A stretch of 64,000 nt of DNA from an uncultured Deinococcaceae bacterium (GTDB lineage Bacteria; Deinococcota; Deinococci; Deinococcales; Deinococcaceae), in NCBI GenBank assembly GCA_964252075.1, contig CAXULY010000023.1:1-64000 (forward strand), given 5' to 3'. Of the stretch, positions 21,174 to 32,979 are shown piece after piece. Numbering within the stretch: the stretch's first letter is position 1; each line of letters opens with the position of its first letter. A model generated the notes under the pieces. The model saw only the letters and a list, made by a program, of their open reading frames with translations. It searched no databases and was not told the DNA's origin. A program made the translations under genes and the position numbers.

Positions 21174-23306
21174 TTACAGGCCGTTCTTCGCCTTGTAGTC
21201 CAGCATGTACGCGAGCTTGCCGGGCTTGCTGCTGCCGAGCGGCTGCGTGAGCGCCGTGAACTCCGCGCTGTTGAACGCATCGAGCTTCCCGAGGTCCGCG
21301 GCGGTCTGCCCGCCACTCACGAAGTCCCCGGCGTGCAGCGCGACCATCAGGTTCGCGGCGCGCTGCACGGCGCTCGCGTACCCGCTCGCGCTGTGCAGGT
21401 CCAGGCCGTCCAGGATGGTGAAGCCCGGCTGCGCGCGCAGCCAGTCCCCCCAGTAGAACTCGTTGAACTCCGTGGTGGTGGCGGTGTACGCGATGCCGCG
21501 CGTGAAGTACACCAGCGAGCGGTACGGGTCATTCGTCATGCTCGCGAGGCCCAGGCGGCCCGGCAGTTGCGCGGGCGTGATGGGCTGGTTCGCCTCGTCC
21601 TTCAGCCACACCTTGTGCAGGTCGTTCATCTTCACCCAGAAGTCCAGCTCGCTCAGCGCGCTGAAGTTGTCCGTGACGATCACGCGGGCGTTCAGGTTGG
21701 GGCCGCCGTCCGGCACCTCCCAGAAGCTCGTGTATGTGTGGTGCCCGTCCGTGAGGAACAGCTGCCCGCCCGGCCCGACCACGGCGGTCTTCATGTCGGC
21801 GGTGTTCTTGCCCGCCGGGTCCTTGCAGGTGTACGTGCTGGCGTTCGCGAGGGTGGAGGCCGCCGTGACGCTCGTGGACTTCACGCCGCCCGCGCCGATC
21901 GCCTGGCAGTAATCATCGAATTTCTTCGCGGGGTCCAGGGCGTAACGGCCCAGCTTGTACGCCACCTCGTCGTACCCGACGGCCTTCTGCGTGGGATGCA
22001 GGCGCGCGAGGGGCACCGTGAGCTGCGCGCCCGGCGCGGTGTTCACGAACTGCTGGTTCGCGGCGTCGTTGAAGGTGGCGCTCACGAGGTGGCCGTCCGC
22101 GACGAAGGTCACGGGCTGGCTGCTGGTGGTGGCGCCGCCCGCGACGCTCTGCGCGCGCAGGGTGTAAGTGAACCCGGCCGGCAGGCTGATGGTGCCGCCC
22201 CACTGCCCGCCCCCGCGCGGCGCGAGTTCCAGCGCGGAGGTCGCTTTCAGGTCCTGCGGGCGCACGCGCTGCCCCGTGAGGGCGCCCACGGGCGCGTCGA
22301 TGTTCGCCACCACCCGCTGCGCGCCGGGGTCCACGCCGGCGATCGTGATGGGCACGGGCGTCACGTCCGCGCCCACGTCCACCGTGACGCTGCCGTCCGC
22401 GGCGTCCTGCACGGTGAGCGCCTGCCCGCCCTGCGCCTGCAGGCCCGCCGTGTTCGTGACGGTCACGCTGAGGTTCTGCGCGCCCGCCGCCGTGAAGGTG
22501 TGCTGCAGGGTGAGGGTGGCGCTCGCACCCGTGAGGGCGCGCGTGTCCTGGCTGCCGTCCCCCCAGCTCACCGTGAGCTGCTTCAGGCTGTCCCCGCCGC
22601 TCGCGTCCTGCTGCGCGCCCACCGTGAGGGTGTAGGGCACGCCGCGCTTCACCACCGCCGCACCCGTGAGGACGGGCGTGGCGGGCGCGGCGGCCTGTAC
22701 GTCCGCGAGCGTCACGTTCGCCGCGCCGTCCGCCTCCCCGAGGTCGGTGGTGACGCTCCCCTGCTGGCGCAGCGCGCCCATCTCGCGGCCCTCCACCAGC
22801 ACGTTCAGGCCGCGTCCGGTGGGCACGCTCGGGAGGCTGCCCGTCGCGGCGCCGCCCGTCACGAGCAGGCGCGCCTCCAGGCCGTTCACCTTCGCGAGGA
22901 CCGTGCTGCTGCGCGCGCCGACGTTCGTGACGTTCACGGTGAGGGCGCTCGTGAGGCGGTTCATGTGCAGGTCGATGGGCGCGCCCGTGAAGGTCACGAC
23001 CTTCACACCCTTGTACAGCGCCACCTGCTGGTCGGCGTTGTCGTACCCGCGCGCGGTGAGGGTGTACGCGCCCTTCGTGAGGTTCGGAAGGTTGAAGCTC
23101 GCCACGCCGCCCGTCACGGTGGCGGTGAAGGTGCCGCTGTCCGGCGCGGTGCTGGCGTCCGCGCCCTGCACGGTGAGCGTCACGACCGGCACCTGCGCGG
23201 GAATGGAGAGCACCTGAATGGGCGCCGCGCGGGACGGCGCCGGGGTGGTCTGCCCGCACGCGGCGAGCAGCAGGGCGAGGGAGAGCACTCCCAGGGGGTG
23301 TTTCAT
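21174..23306 (-). CDS. Lipoprotein with beta-sandwich/PKD-like domains and a C-terminal ParB-like (ParBc_2-type) domain
   Basis: Lipobox LLAAC; VSWGDG..HTF PKD motif; LHPTQ.AVG, LTDGHHT, NDPYRSLVY, EFYWGDWLR. Confidence 0.8.
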   Translation of the reverse strand: MKHPLGVLSLALLLAACGQTTPAPSRAAPIQVLSIPAQVPVVTLTVQGADASTAPDSGTFTATVTGGVASFNLPNLTKGAYTLTARGYDNADQQVALYKGVKVVTFTGAPIDLHMNRLTSALTVNVTNVGARSSTVLAKVNGLEARLLVTGGAATGSLPSVPTGRGLNVLVEGREMGALRQQGSVTTDLGEADGAANVTLADVQAAAPATPVLTGAAVVKRGVPYTLTVGAQQDASGGDSLKQLTVSWGDGSQDTRALTGASATLTLQHTFTAAGAQNLSVTVTNTAGLQAQGGQALTVQDAADGSVTVDVGADVTPVPITIAGVDPGAQRVVANIDAPVGALTGQRVRPQDLKATSALELAPRGGGQWGGTISLPAGFTYTLRAQSVAGGATTSSQPVTFVADGHLVSATFNDAANQQFVNTAPGAQLTVPLARLHPTQKAVGYDEVAYKLGRYALDPAKKFDDYCQAIGAGGVKSTSVTAASTLANASTYTCKDPAGKNTADMKTAVVGPGGQLFLTDGHHTYTSFWEVPDGGPNLNARVIVTDNFSALSELDFWVKMNDLHKVWLKDEANQPITPAQLPGRLGLASMTNDPYRSLVYFTRGIAYTATTTEFNEFYWGDWLRAQPGFTILDGLDLHSASGYASAVQRAANLMVALHAGDFVSGGQTAADLGKLDAFNSAEFTALTQPLGSSKPGKLAYMLDYKAKNGL

Positions 23307-23723
23307 GTGGGTCCTCTTCGGGGGGTGGCGTTTGAGCGGGGCAACCCCACCACCATGCCGCCGCCCCTTCAAGGGGCTGTCAGGGCCTCACGGGCGCCGT
23401 GGTTGCTGCAGTTGTCCGGCGAGGGCCTCGCGTCGGGGGTGATGGGCGTGCGGATGGGCGCCGCGTGCCTGCTCCTGGCGGTGCCGCTCACCACTGCCCG
23501 GTGAGCACCATCACATCCACGCGCACTGAGGTCGCGTGATGAGAGTGGGCTGACCCTCACTTGACCTCAAGCGTGGCGAGCGGTTGAGTTTCCTCAATGG
23601 CGCTTGGCCGCACTCAGGAACCGCGCCTCGCGCGCGGCGGGCACACTGCAACGGTGCCCGCACGCTGCCCCACGCTGAAATACCACGGGCGGCCCAACCC
23701 GCTGTTCGCCTGAGAGGAGTCGC

Positions 23724-24890
23724 ATGCCCATCCGTCCACTGGCCCTGAGCGCCCTGGCCGCCGCCCTGCTGCTGAGTTCGTCCATGAGCGCCGCCCCGTC
23801 TCTGCCCGCGTCACCCACACGGGAGGGCGCGCCGCTGGAACTCGTGCACACCTTCTCGGGGCACATGCCGGTGGGCGTCGCCGTGAACAGCCAGGGGCGC
23901 CTCTTCGTGTCGTACCCGCGCTGGGAGGACCCGGTGCCGTACTCCATCGCGGAGCTCCGTGGTGGGCGCGCCGTGCCGTACCCGAACCGCGCCCTGAACC
24001 GCAACCCGCTGCCGTCCGACCCGACGCGCTTCGTGGGCGTGCAGGGGCTCATCGTGGACGCGCGGGACCGCCTGTGGGTGCTGGACACCGGCACCGTGAA
24101 CCTGGGCCCCATCATCAGTCAGGACGCGCCGAAACTCGTGGGGATCGACACGCGCACGAATCAGGTGGTCAAGACCATTCACTTCCCCGCATCCGTCGCG
24201 CTGAAGCACACGTACCTGAACGACCTGCGCATCGACCTGCGCCAGGGGCAGGGGGGCGTGGCGTACATCACGGATTCCGGCGCGAAGTCCGGCAGTGGCC
24301 TGATCGTGGTGGACCTCGCGTCGGGCCGCAGCTGGCGCAAACTCACGGGGGACCCCACGGTGCTGCCCGAGCGGGGCTTCGTGTCCTTCCCGGACGGCCG
24401 CGCCCTGTTCGAACGCCCGAAGGGCGGCGTGGCGCGCACGGTCTCCTTCGCGGCGGACAGCATCGCCATCAGCCCGAAGGGCGACTATCTGTACTACGCG
24501 CCGGTCGCGTCGCGCCGCCTGTACGCCGTGCCGACCAGCGCCCTGCGCGACGAGTCGCTCAGCGACGCGGCGGTGAAGGCGCAGGTGCGGGACCTGGGCG
24601 AGAAGGGCGTGTCGGACGGCATGGCGGAGGACACCGCCGGGCGCATCTACACCACGAACCACGAGCTGAACGCCATCTTCCGCCGCCTGCCGACCGGGGA
24701 GTTCGAGACGGTCGTGCGCGACCCGCGCCTCATCTGGCCGGACACGCTCGCCATTCACGGCGGGTACCTGTACATCCTGTCGGATCAGCTGAATCGCCAG
24801 GGGCGCTACCACTTCGGGCGGGACGAGCGCGTGAAGCCCTACGCGCTGTTCCGCGTGCGCCTGAACGCGAAGCCGGTGCTGCTCCAGTGA
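23724..24890 (+). CDS. Major royal jelly protein / yellow-like exported beta-propeller
   Basis: Signal peptide; RLFVSYPRW, RLWVLDTG, YLNDLRID, AYITDSG, WPDT. Confidence 0.88.
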   Translation: MPIRPLALSALAAALLLSSSMSAAPSLPASPTREGAPLELVHTFSGHMPVGVAVNSQGRLFVSYPRWEDPVPYSIAELRGGRAVPYPNRALNRNPLPSDPTRFVGVQGLIVDARDRLWVLDTGTVNLGPIISQDAPKLVGIDTRTNQVVKTIHFPASVALKHTYLNDLRIDLRQGQGGVAYITDSGAKSGSGLIVVDLASGRSWRKLTGDPTVLPERGFVSFPDGRALFERPKGGVARTVSFAADSIAISPKGDYLYYAPVASRRLYAVPTSALRDESLSDAAVKAQVRDLGEKGVSDGMAEDTAGRIYTTNHELNAIFRRLPTGEFETVVRDPRLIWPDTLAIHGGYLYILSDQLNRQGRYHFGRDERVKPYALFRVRLNAKPVLLQ

Positions 24891-24909
24891 CCCTCAAGGA
24901 GGTCCACGC

Positions 24910-25920
24910 ATGAAACCCACCCTGAAACCCATCCGCGACCAGGTGATCGTCATCACGGGCGCGTCCAGCGGCATCGGCCTCTCGACGGCGCGCATGGCGG
25001 CGCAGGAAGGCGCGAAGCTGGTGCTCGCGGCGCGCAGCGCGGGCGCCCTGAATGAACTCACGGCGGAACTCACCGCGGCGGGCGCGCAGGTGACGGCGGT
25101 CGTGGCGGACGTGAGCCGCGAGGAGGACGTGCGCGCCATCGCGCGGACCGCGCAGGACGCGTACGGCGGCTTCGACACCTGGGTGAACAACGCGGGCGTC
25201 GGCATGTACGGCAAGGTCGAGGACGTGGGCGTCGAGGACATGCGGCGGCTGTTCGACATCAACTTCTGGGGGCTGGTGTACGGGTCGCTGGAGGCCGTGC
25301 GGGTGCTGCGCGAGCGCGGCGGGGCGCTCATCAACGTGGGCAGCACCGCCTCGGACCGCGCGATCGCGTTGCAGGGCGTGTACTCCGCGTCGAAGCACGC
25401 CGTGAAGGGCTTCACGGACGCGCTGCGCATGGAACTGGAGGAAGGCGGCGCGCCCATCTCCGTGACGCTCATCAAGCCCGGCCCGATCGACACGCCGTTT
25501 CCCATGAACGCCCGCAATTACCTGCCGGACGAGCCGCAGCACGTGCCGCCCGTGTACGCGCCCGAGACGGTCGCGCGCGCCATCCTGCACGCCGCCGTGA
25601 CGCCCACCCGCGACCTGTTCGTGGGGAGCGGCGGCAAGAGCATCGCGGCTTTCGGGGATCTGTCGCCAAAAGCGACGGACAAGGCCATGGAGGGCTTCGT
25701 GATTCCCCGCACGCACAGTGGTCGGCCACCCCTGCCGCGCGCGCAGAACGCCCTGAACGCCCCCTCCGAGCGCCTCTCGGAGCGCGGCGATTACCCCGGG
25801 CTGGTGCGCGGGCACAGCCTGTACACGCAGGCCGCGCAGAGCGGGAACCTGCGCCGCGCGCTCATCATCGGCGCGAGCGTGGTGGCGGTCGCGCTGTGGG
25901 GCAGCGCGCGGCGCAGCTGA
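24910..25920 (+). CDS. SDR family oxidoreductase
   Basis: TGASSGIG, WVNNAG, YSASK; AAGGAGG RBS. Confidence 0.92.
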   Translation: MKPTLKPIRDQVIVITGASSGIGLSTARMAAQEGAKLVLAARSAGALNELTAELTAAGAQVTAVVADVSREEDVRAIARTAQDAYGGFDTWVNNAGVGMYGKVEDVGVEDMRRLFDINFWGLVYGSLEAVRVLRERGGALINVGSTASDRAIALQGVYSASKHAVKGFTDALRMELEEGGAPISVTLIKPGPIDTPFPMNARNYLPDEPQHVPPVYAPETVARAILHAAVTPTRDLFVGSGGKSIAAFGDLSPKATDKAMEGFVIPRTHSGRPPLPRAQNALNAPSERLSERGDYPGLVRGHSLYTQAAQSGNLRRALIIGASVVAVALWGSARRS

Positions 25921-25934
25921 AGCGCGAAGCACAC

Positions 25935-25974
25935 GCACGGGGCGGCCCGGTCAGCTGACCGGGCCGCCCCGTGC
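25935..25974. terminator. Perfect palindrome between convergent genes (probable bidirectional terminator)
   Basis: GCACGGGGCGGCCCGGTCAG/CTGACCGGGCCGCCCCGTGC. Confidence 0.75.
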
Positions 25975-25979
25975 TGGCG

Positions 25980-26216
25980 TCAGTTGTTGCGGTCGTTCAC
26001 GGGCAGGGCGCGCTCCAGGGGCTCCAGTTCGCCGCCGATGCGCTCGTGCCAGCGCTGCTCCACGCCGCGCCCGATCTTGATGTCCTCTGCGAACTCCGCG
26101 ACGAGCATCTGCGCGCGCTGCACGGCGTCCTGATGCCCGAAGTTTAGGGCGCGCGTCGCCCAGTACTGCAGCTTCGCGAGCTGCCGCACCGTCGCGAACG
26201 CGAACAGGTCATCCAT
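25980..26216 (-). CDS. Small hypothetical protein
   Basis: 78 aa with GC3-biased codons; start overlaps the upstream ORF end. Confidence 0.55.
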   Translation of the reverse strand: MDDLFAFATVRQLAKLQYWATRALNFGHQDAVQRAQMLVAEFAEDIKIGRGVEQRWHERIGGELEPLERALPVNDRNN

Positions 26217-26481
26217 GCCGCGCGTCCACGGCGGCGCTGAACAGCACCGAACGGGTGTGCGCGCACGCCTCGCGGAAGGCGTCCGGCAGTTCCGGCGCGA
26301 CCACATCCGTGATGAGGCGACCGCGGTGACTGATGGACACCCGCACCTCGCCCTCACGGTGCTCCGCGACGGTGAACAGGCAGCCCACGCGGATCAGTTC
26401 GTTCAGGGTGTCCTTCTCCGCGCGGTCCAGGCTGCTGATCCAGGTGTGGCTGTCCTTCCTGGGCGTCGCGCGCCCCTTCAT
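26209..26481 (-). CDS. Small hypothetical protein
   Basis: 90 aa, protein-like composition; start uncertain. Confidence 0.5.
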   Translation of the reverse strand: MKGRATPRKDSHTWISSLDRAEKDTLNELIRVGCLFTVAEHREGEVRVSISHRGRLITDVVAPELPDAFREACAHTRSVLFSAAVDARHG

Positions 26482-26750
26482 GCCACCCACCCGGCCTTCA
26501 GCGTCCGTGAGCGGTGCGGGGTCGGGAAGGGAATGCCATTTCGGCGCGTCGTGATCTGAACCTGCATGGATGTACCTCAATGGCTGTTGAATCGCGCGGC
26601 GCACATCAGGAGCCGCCCTGTGCTGACAGAGGGCGGAACACCAGCTTGCTTCCGGGGTCTGACCATTGAAGTGTAGCGCCTGCCGGTCCGCCGGAATGTT
26701 CAGGTGGGCCCACGCCAGCCGCCGCTCACGCGCGGCAGGTACAGTAAGGA

Positions 26751-26984
26751 ATGAGACGTTACCTGAAGGCCCTCCCCGTCAGCACGGACGCACGCTGGAC
26801 TGAGGCGCGCGCGCTGGGCACCTCGCGCTTCGAGGCGTCCATGCGGGAATTCCGTGATGAAGCCGCCGCCATCCGCGTGGCGGTCGGCGCGGCGCGCCAG
26901 CACATGCTCAAGTGGGGGCACCAGCCCGGCGATTTCGCCGAGGAGCTGCACCGCTTCGAGGTGACGCTGCACGACCACCGGTAA
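26751..26984 (+). CDS. Small hypothetical protein
   Basis: 77 aa ORF ending before the hairpin at 27011. Confidence 0.45.
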   Translation: MRRYLKALPVSTDARWTEARALGTSRFEASMREFRDEAAAIRVAVGAARQHMLKWGHQPGDFAEELHRFEVTLHDHR

Positions 26985-27010
26985 GCCCAGCGCCCGGTGC
27001 AACGAAGAAC

Positions 27011-27034
27011 AGGACCCCGCTCACGCGGGGTCCT
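27011..27034 (-). terminator. Terminator downstream of tRNA-Gln
   Basis: AGGACCCCGC-TCAC-GCGGGGTCCT with a U-rich tail on the minus strand. Confidence 0.75.
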
Positions 27035-27039
27035 CCTTC

Positions 27040-27113
27040 TGGCTGGGGCACATGGATTCGAACCATGATCGACGCTTCCAAAGAGCGTTGTCCTGCCGTT
27101 AGACGATGCCCCA
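27040..27113 (-). tRNA. tRNA-Gln(TTG)
   Basis: Reverse complement TGGGGCATCGTCTAACGGCAGGAC..ACGCT-CTTTGGA-AGCGT..GGTTCGAATCC..GCCCCAGCCA. Confidence 0.96.
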
Positions 27114-27163
27114 CCGGGCGTTCACAGGACGGCCCAGAGTATAGCGGCGCCCGCGCGCGGGAA

Positions 27164-27913
27164 TCAAGGCACCAAGCGGGTGCCCGCCTCGCCGCGCGCG
27201 GCGGCGGCCAGCACGCCCGCGTGCATGCCGGACGCGATGATGGCGTAGGGCGCGCCCGCGCCGAGCGCTTCGAGGGCCGCGTGCACTTTCGGCACCATGC
27301 CGCCCGCAATCCAGCCGTCCGCGATGCCCCGTTCCGCCTCGGCGGCGCTGAGGCGCGAGATGAGGCTGTCCGGGTCGGGGTGCGCGCGGTACACGCCGTC
27401 CACGTCCGTCAGGAACACGACGCCCTCCCCGAGCGCGCCCGCGACGGCGCCCGCCGCGAGGTCCGCGTTCACGTTGAGCGCCTCGCCGCGTTCATCCACG
27501 GCGATACAGCCCACCACGGGCGTGTAGCCCGCGCCGCGCAGAGCGTGCAGCAGGTCGGCGTTCACGCGCGTGACGCGGCCCACGCGGCCGAGCGCGGGGT
27601 CCAGCACCTCGGCGAGCAGCAGCGTGTCGTCGCGACCCGTAAGGCCAAGCGCGCGCCCGATGTCCTGCGCGAGTTGCTTCCCGAGGGCGGTGAGGGCGAG
27701 TTCGACGACCTGCATCGCTTCGGGGCTCGTGACGCGCAGGCCGTTCACGAAGTGGCTCTCCACGCCGCGCGCCGCGAGTTCCCGCTCGATGGCGGGGCCG
27801 CCGCCATGCACGACCGTCAGGGGCGTGTGGTCGCGCAGCGCGGCGATTTCCGCAGCGACCGCGCGGCGCAGTTCCGGGCTCTTCATGGCGTTGCCGCCGT
27901 ACTTCACGATCAT
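27164..27913 (-). CDS. argB: Acetylglutamate kinase
   Basis: [37 protein letters not shown]. Confidence 0.95.
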   Translation of the reverse strand: MIVKYGGNAMKSPELRRAVAAEIAALRDHTPLTVVHGGGPAIERELAARGVESHFVNGLRVTSPEAMQVVELALTALGKQLAQDIGRALGLTGRDDTLLLAEVLDPALGRVGRVTRVNADLLHALRGAGYTPVVGCIAVDERGEALNVNADLAAGAVAGALGEGVVFLTDVDGVYRAHPDPDSLISRLSAAEAERGIADGWIAGGMVPKVHAALEALGAGAPYAIIASGMHAGVLAAAARGEAGTRLVP

Positions 27914-27993
27914 GCGCGCAGCATAGCCGCAAGGGGGAGGGGCGAAGCGCGCGTGGCGCTTCGCCCCTCCCCAGGGTGCTCAGGCGCTGGCGT

Positions 27994-28494
27994 TCAGGCG
28001 GAGCCCGCGAGGGGGACGGGCGGCGCGTTCACGACGCTGGGCTGAACGGCTTTGGCATACCACGTCATGGCGGGGCGCGCGTCAATCGCGAAGTGGAAGC
28101 CCAGCCGCTCCCAGAAGCGCGCGGCGGCGGCGTTGTCGCCCAGCACGCTGGCGAGCAGGCGGGTGGTGCCCATGGGGAGGTGCGTTTCGAGCTGCCGGAC
28201 GGCGCGCGTGCCGTAACTGTGGCGTTGCAGGTCGCCGCGCACCAGCAGCAGGTTGATGGTCAGGTCGCCGGCCAGCGGGTACTCGCGTTTGCAGTCCAGG
28301 CAGCCGATCACTTCGCCGCGCTCGGTCAGCAGGGACAGGTGGCGGCGCGGGTCGAGCAGCGCCGTCTCCACCTCGCGTTCCACTTCGTGCAGGGTGGGCA
28401 CGGTAGTGCCCAGCAACTGGAAGTACGCGGGCGTCGCGAGGTACAGCGCGTGGAGGTGGGGGACCAAGTGCATGGCCATCGGGTCAACGTTCAT
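27994..28494 (-). CDS. GNAT family N-acetyltransferase
   Basis: LLLVRGDLQRHSYGT motif A; N..AARFWERLGF. Confidence 0.85.
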   Translation of the reverse strand: MNVDPMAMHLVPHLHALYLATPAYFQLLGTTVPTLHEVEREVETALLDPRRHLSLLTERGEVIGCLDCKREYPLAGDLTINLLLVRGDLQRHSYGTRAVRQLETHLPMGTTRLLASVLGDNAAAARFWERLGFHFAIDARPAMTWYAKAVQPSVVNAPPVPLAGSA

Positions 28495-28656
28495 TCAAAC
28501 GTCCTTCCGTCAGCGGACGTCACCAGGGGCGCCTTGGGGGCCCGTGGGCGGTGTGTGTGTGGTGCTGGAGAGCGGTTGTGGCGTGCCTGTAGCGTATCCC
28601 GTTCGCCAGTCCGAGTCTACGGGCAAAGCTGAGGGAACTCGCCCACAAATCCTGAA

Positions 28657-28673
28657 TTCTGTCTTTAACGAAA
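28657..28673. promoter_or_regulatory. Candidate RDRM (DdrO-binding) palindrome
   Basis: TTCTGTCTTTAACGAAA, an AT-rich 17-mer close to the recalled RDRM consensus, in a divergent intergenic region. Confidence 0.45.
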
Positions 28674-28773
28674 ATGCAGAGAGCGCCTTGTCTTACAGGG
28701 TGCGGGCGTCACGACCGCGCCACGTGACTTCACCGCACGGTGTGTGGCGCGGCAGGCTGCTAGCATGGCGCGC

Positions 28774-29721
28774 GTGAACGCCGGATTCTACCGACAGCAG
28801 CTGGGCCGCGCGGGGGCGGTGCTGGCCCCCATGGCGGGCTACAGTGACGCGCCCATGCGGCAGCTCGCGAGCGAGCACGGCGCCCTGTGGACGGTGAGTG
28901 AGATGCTGAGCGCGCGCGGCGTGCTGGAGGGCGACCTCGCGCTGGACCTGGGGCGCCCGTATGCGGGCGAGCGGGACCGCGTGGTGCAGCTGTTCGGCGC
29001 AGAGCCGGAGGTCCTGGCGGCGGGCGCGGCGCGCGCGGTGGAACTGTTCGGGCCGTCTGCGCTGGACCTGAACATGGGGTGTCCCGTGCCGAAGCTGCGC
29101 GGGCGGGGCGGCGCGTGCCTGCTGCAGACGCCGGAGGTCGCGTACACCCTGGTGAGCGCGATGAAGTCCGCGGTGACCTGCGACGTGAGCGCGAAGATTC
29201 GCCTGGGGTGGGACGCGGATCACAGCGTGGAGATCGCGCTGGGCCTGGAGGCGGCGGGCGCGGCGCTCATCACGGTGCACGGGCGCACCAGCGCGCAACG
29301 CTACACGGGCGAGGCGGACTGGGAGGCCATCGGGCGCGTGGCGTCCGCCGTGCGTGTCCCGGTGGTGGGGAGTGGCGACGTGCTGAGTGCCGATCAGGTG
29401 AGGGCGCGCCTGCGCTCTGGCGTGGCGGCCGTGATGGTGGGGCGCGGCGCGGTCGGGAACCCTTGGCTGTTCGCGCAGGCCGCCGGACGTGACGCGCGCC
29501 CGTCACCCGCCGAGCGCGCCGCGACCGCCGTGCGGCACGCCGAGCTGAACGTGGCGTGGTTCGGGGAGCGGCGCGGCCTGCTGCAGTTGCGCAAGGTGCT
29601 GCCGAAGTACTTCCCGGATCAGCCGGACCTCAGGGCGCCCCTCACGCAGGTGAGCACCCTCGCGGACCTGCGCGCGGTGCTGGATGGGGAGCGTGGGTTC
29701 GCGTTGAGCGCGAGCGCCTGA
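28774..29721 (+). CDS. tRNA-dihydrouridine synthase (DusB-like)
   Basis: [40 protein letters not shown]; start GTG 28774 or ATG 28765. Confidence 0.9.
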   Translation: MNAGFYRQQLGRAGAVLAPMAGYSDAPMRQLASEHGALWTVSEMLSARGVLEGDLALDLGRPYAGERDRVVQLFGAEPEVLAAGAARAVELFGPSALDLNMGCPVPKLRGRGGACLLQTPEVAYTLVSAMKSAVTCDVSAKIRLGWDADHSVEIALGLEAAGAALITVHGRTSAQRYTGEADWEAIGRVASAVRVPVVGSGDVLSADQVRARLRSGVAAVMVGRGAVGNPWLFAQAAGRDARPSPAERAATAVRHAELNVAWFGERRGLLQLRKVLPKYFPDQPDLRAPLTQVSTLADLRAVLDGERGFALSASA

Positions 29722-29772
29722 AGTGAAAGATGGGGCGGGGCCGCCAATGGCCCCGCCCTTTCTTCGCCGCCC

Positions 29773-31116
<1,344 letters not shown>

Positions 31117-31206
31117 AATGCCTACACGCTAGCACGCGGGCTTTTCGCGGAAGGTGGCGCACGTGCCTCCCACCCGCCGCGCGCCGTGACGTTCTACGCT
31201 GGCCGC

Positions 31207-31782
31207 ATGAACGATGAGATTTCCTTCCTGCACGTGCCGACGGAATCGGAGGTGACGCCCGAGGTGCGCGCCCTGTGGGCCAAGAGCCAGGAGCGGCTGG
31301 GCTTCGTGCCGAACGTGTTCCGCGCGCAGGCGCTGAACCCCGCGCAGTTCTCGGCGTGGTGGGCGTACTTCAATGCGCTCGTGAACCGGGGCGAGTTCCT
31401 CACGCCGCTGGAGCGGGAGCTGGTGGCGGTGGTGGTGAGCGCGCAGAACCGCTGCGTGTACTGCCTCGTGTCGCACGGCGCGGCGGTGCGGGAGCTGAGC
31501 GGCGACGCGGTGCTGGCGGACACCGTCGCGATTGACCACCGAGCGGCGGACCTCCCGCTGCGCGCGCGCGCCATGCTGGATTACGCCGTGCAGCTCACGC
31601 GCCGCCCCCAGGCGTGCGGGCAGGAGGACCTGCGGCCCCTGCGCGAGGCGGGCCTCACGGACCACGAGATTCTGGAGCTGGTGCAGGTGATCGGCATGTT
31701 CAACCTCACGAACCGCGTGTCGAGCGCGCTGGGCTTCGTACCGAACCGCGAGTATTACGGGCACGCGCGGGAGCAGCGTTGA
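31207..31782 (+). CDS. AhpD/CMD-family peroxidase-related enzyme
   Basis: [35 protein letters not shown]. Confidence 0.9.
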   Translation: MNDEISFLHVPTESEVTPEVRALWAKSQERLGFVPNVFRAQALNPAQFSAWWAYFNALVNRGEFLTPLERELVAVVVSAQNRCVYCLVSHGAAVRELSGDAVLADTVAIDHRAADLPLRARAMLDYAVQLTRRPQACGQEDLRPLREAGLTDHEILELVQVIGMFNLTNRVSSALGFVPNREYYGHAREQR

Positions 31783-32336
31783 GCGGACCGCACTTCCCGG
31801 ACCCGCTGGATGTCCCCGTGCAGCACGCCCGGAGCGGAGCGACCTACCGGCTGGTCCGGTTGGACGCGCTGCCCGAGACGCCCGAGCACCTCGCGCAGAT
31901 CACGCGCGCGAACAACGAACCCGCCATCCACCGCTGGCTGTGGCGTGACCGCCTGCAGGGCCAGCCGTACGCGCCCGAGAAGGCCGTGGAGTTCCTGCGC
32001 TGGGCGCGCGGCGGCTGGGCGCACGGCACGCACTTCACCTTCGCGCTGCTCGCGCCGGGGGGTGAGGTGGCGGCGGCGCTGGACATCAAGAGCGCGGACC
32101 TGGACGCCGCCGAGGTCGGGTACTGGCTGTCGGCGGCGCACAGCGGCGTCATGACGAACGCCGTGCTGGCCCTCGCGGACGTGGCGCGCGCGGCGGGCTA
32201 CCGGGCGCTGTTCGCGCGCGTGCGGGAGGGCAACGCGCGCTCGGAGGGCGTGCTGACGCGCGCGGGCTTCGCGCGGGTGGGCGGGCACGAGGAGGTGCTG
32301 GGGCACCCGCACGGGCGCTTCACCCGCGCGCTGTGA
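31779..32336 (+). CDS. GNAT (RimJ/RimL-like) acetyltransferase
   Basis: [29 protein letters not shown] overlap. Confidence 0.8.
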   Translation: MSGPHFPDPLDVPVQHARSGATYRLVRLDALPETPEHLAQITRANNEPAIHRWLWRDRLQGQPYAPEKAVEFLRWARGGWAHGTHFTFALLAPGGEVAAALDIKSADLDAAEVGYWLSAAHSGVMTNAVLALADVARAAGYRALFARVREGNARSEGVLTRAGFARVGGHEEVLGHPHGRFTRAL

Positions 32337-32883
32337 GGGCCTTGCGCAGCACGCGCATCTGACCGCGGTGGCTCACCTCGTCCTCCATCACGTGAAACCA
32401 CGCCCAGTGCTGGTTCATGCGGCTGTTCGGGGCGGGCGAGGCGAGCCAGTCGTCGTCGCGCCGGGCGAGCTCCGCGAGGGTCACGGCGCGCACCTCGGCA
32501 AGCTGGTCGAGCAGGTCCTGCAGGCTGCGGCCCCGCACGCGCTCCCCGAGTTCACCGAAGGTCATGGCGCCCAGGTAGGGGCGGTACTCGGGGCGGTCCT
32601 CGTGAATGGGGTCCACGCCTTCGAAGCTCAGGGACTGGTAGATGCGGTCGGTGGCCGCGATGTGCGCGAGCAGCATCCCGATGCTGTTCGTGAAGCCGGG
32701 CGGGACGGCGTCGAGTTCCTCCACGCTCAGGCCGCGCACGGCCTCCACCGTCATGAGGCGCGTGTAGGCCAGCATGTCCACGAGCGCGCCGATGTGCGGC
32801 GTGTAGGGCGCCTCGGGCGCGATGCGGTACCAGCGCTCGCGGTCGGGACGCGTCTCGACCAACTGCATGAACGGGTCGCTCAT
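32320..32883 (-). CDS. DinB family protein
   Basis: NSIGMLLAHIA, WFHVMEDEVSHRGQ. Confidence 0.88.
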   Translation of the reverse strand: MSDPFMQLVETRPDRERWYRIAPEAPYTPHIGALVDMLAYTRLMTVEAVRGLSVEELDAVPPGFTNSIGMLLAHIAATDRIYQSLSFEGVDPIHEDRPEYRPYLGAMTFGELGERVRGRSLQDLLDQLAEVRAVTLAELARRDDDWLASPAPNSRMNQHWAWFHVMEDEVSHRGQMRVLRKALTARG

Positions 32884-32979
32884 AGGCTCAGCATACGGGG
32901 CCTGTGGCGACGCTGACGGTCCTGCGCGGCGCACCCTGCTGAAATGACATGAATCTCAGATGAAATCAGGGAGGAATTG

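Noticed and set aside
23560..23600. TTGACCTCAAG..TTGAG resembling a MerR-type or HAIR operator
   Set aside because: Arm spacing does not fit and no cognate regulator is nearby
28495..28760. SRP RNA or riboswitch near ffh/argB; short (GT)n run at about 28551
   Set aside because: No recognisable SRP helix-8 or riboswitch motif; the repeat is too short to imply phase variation
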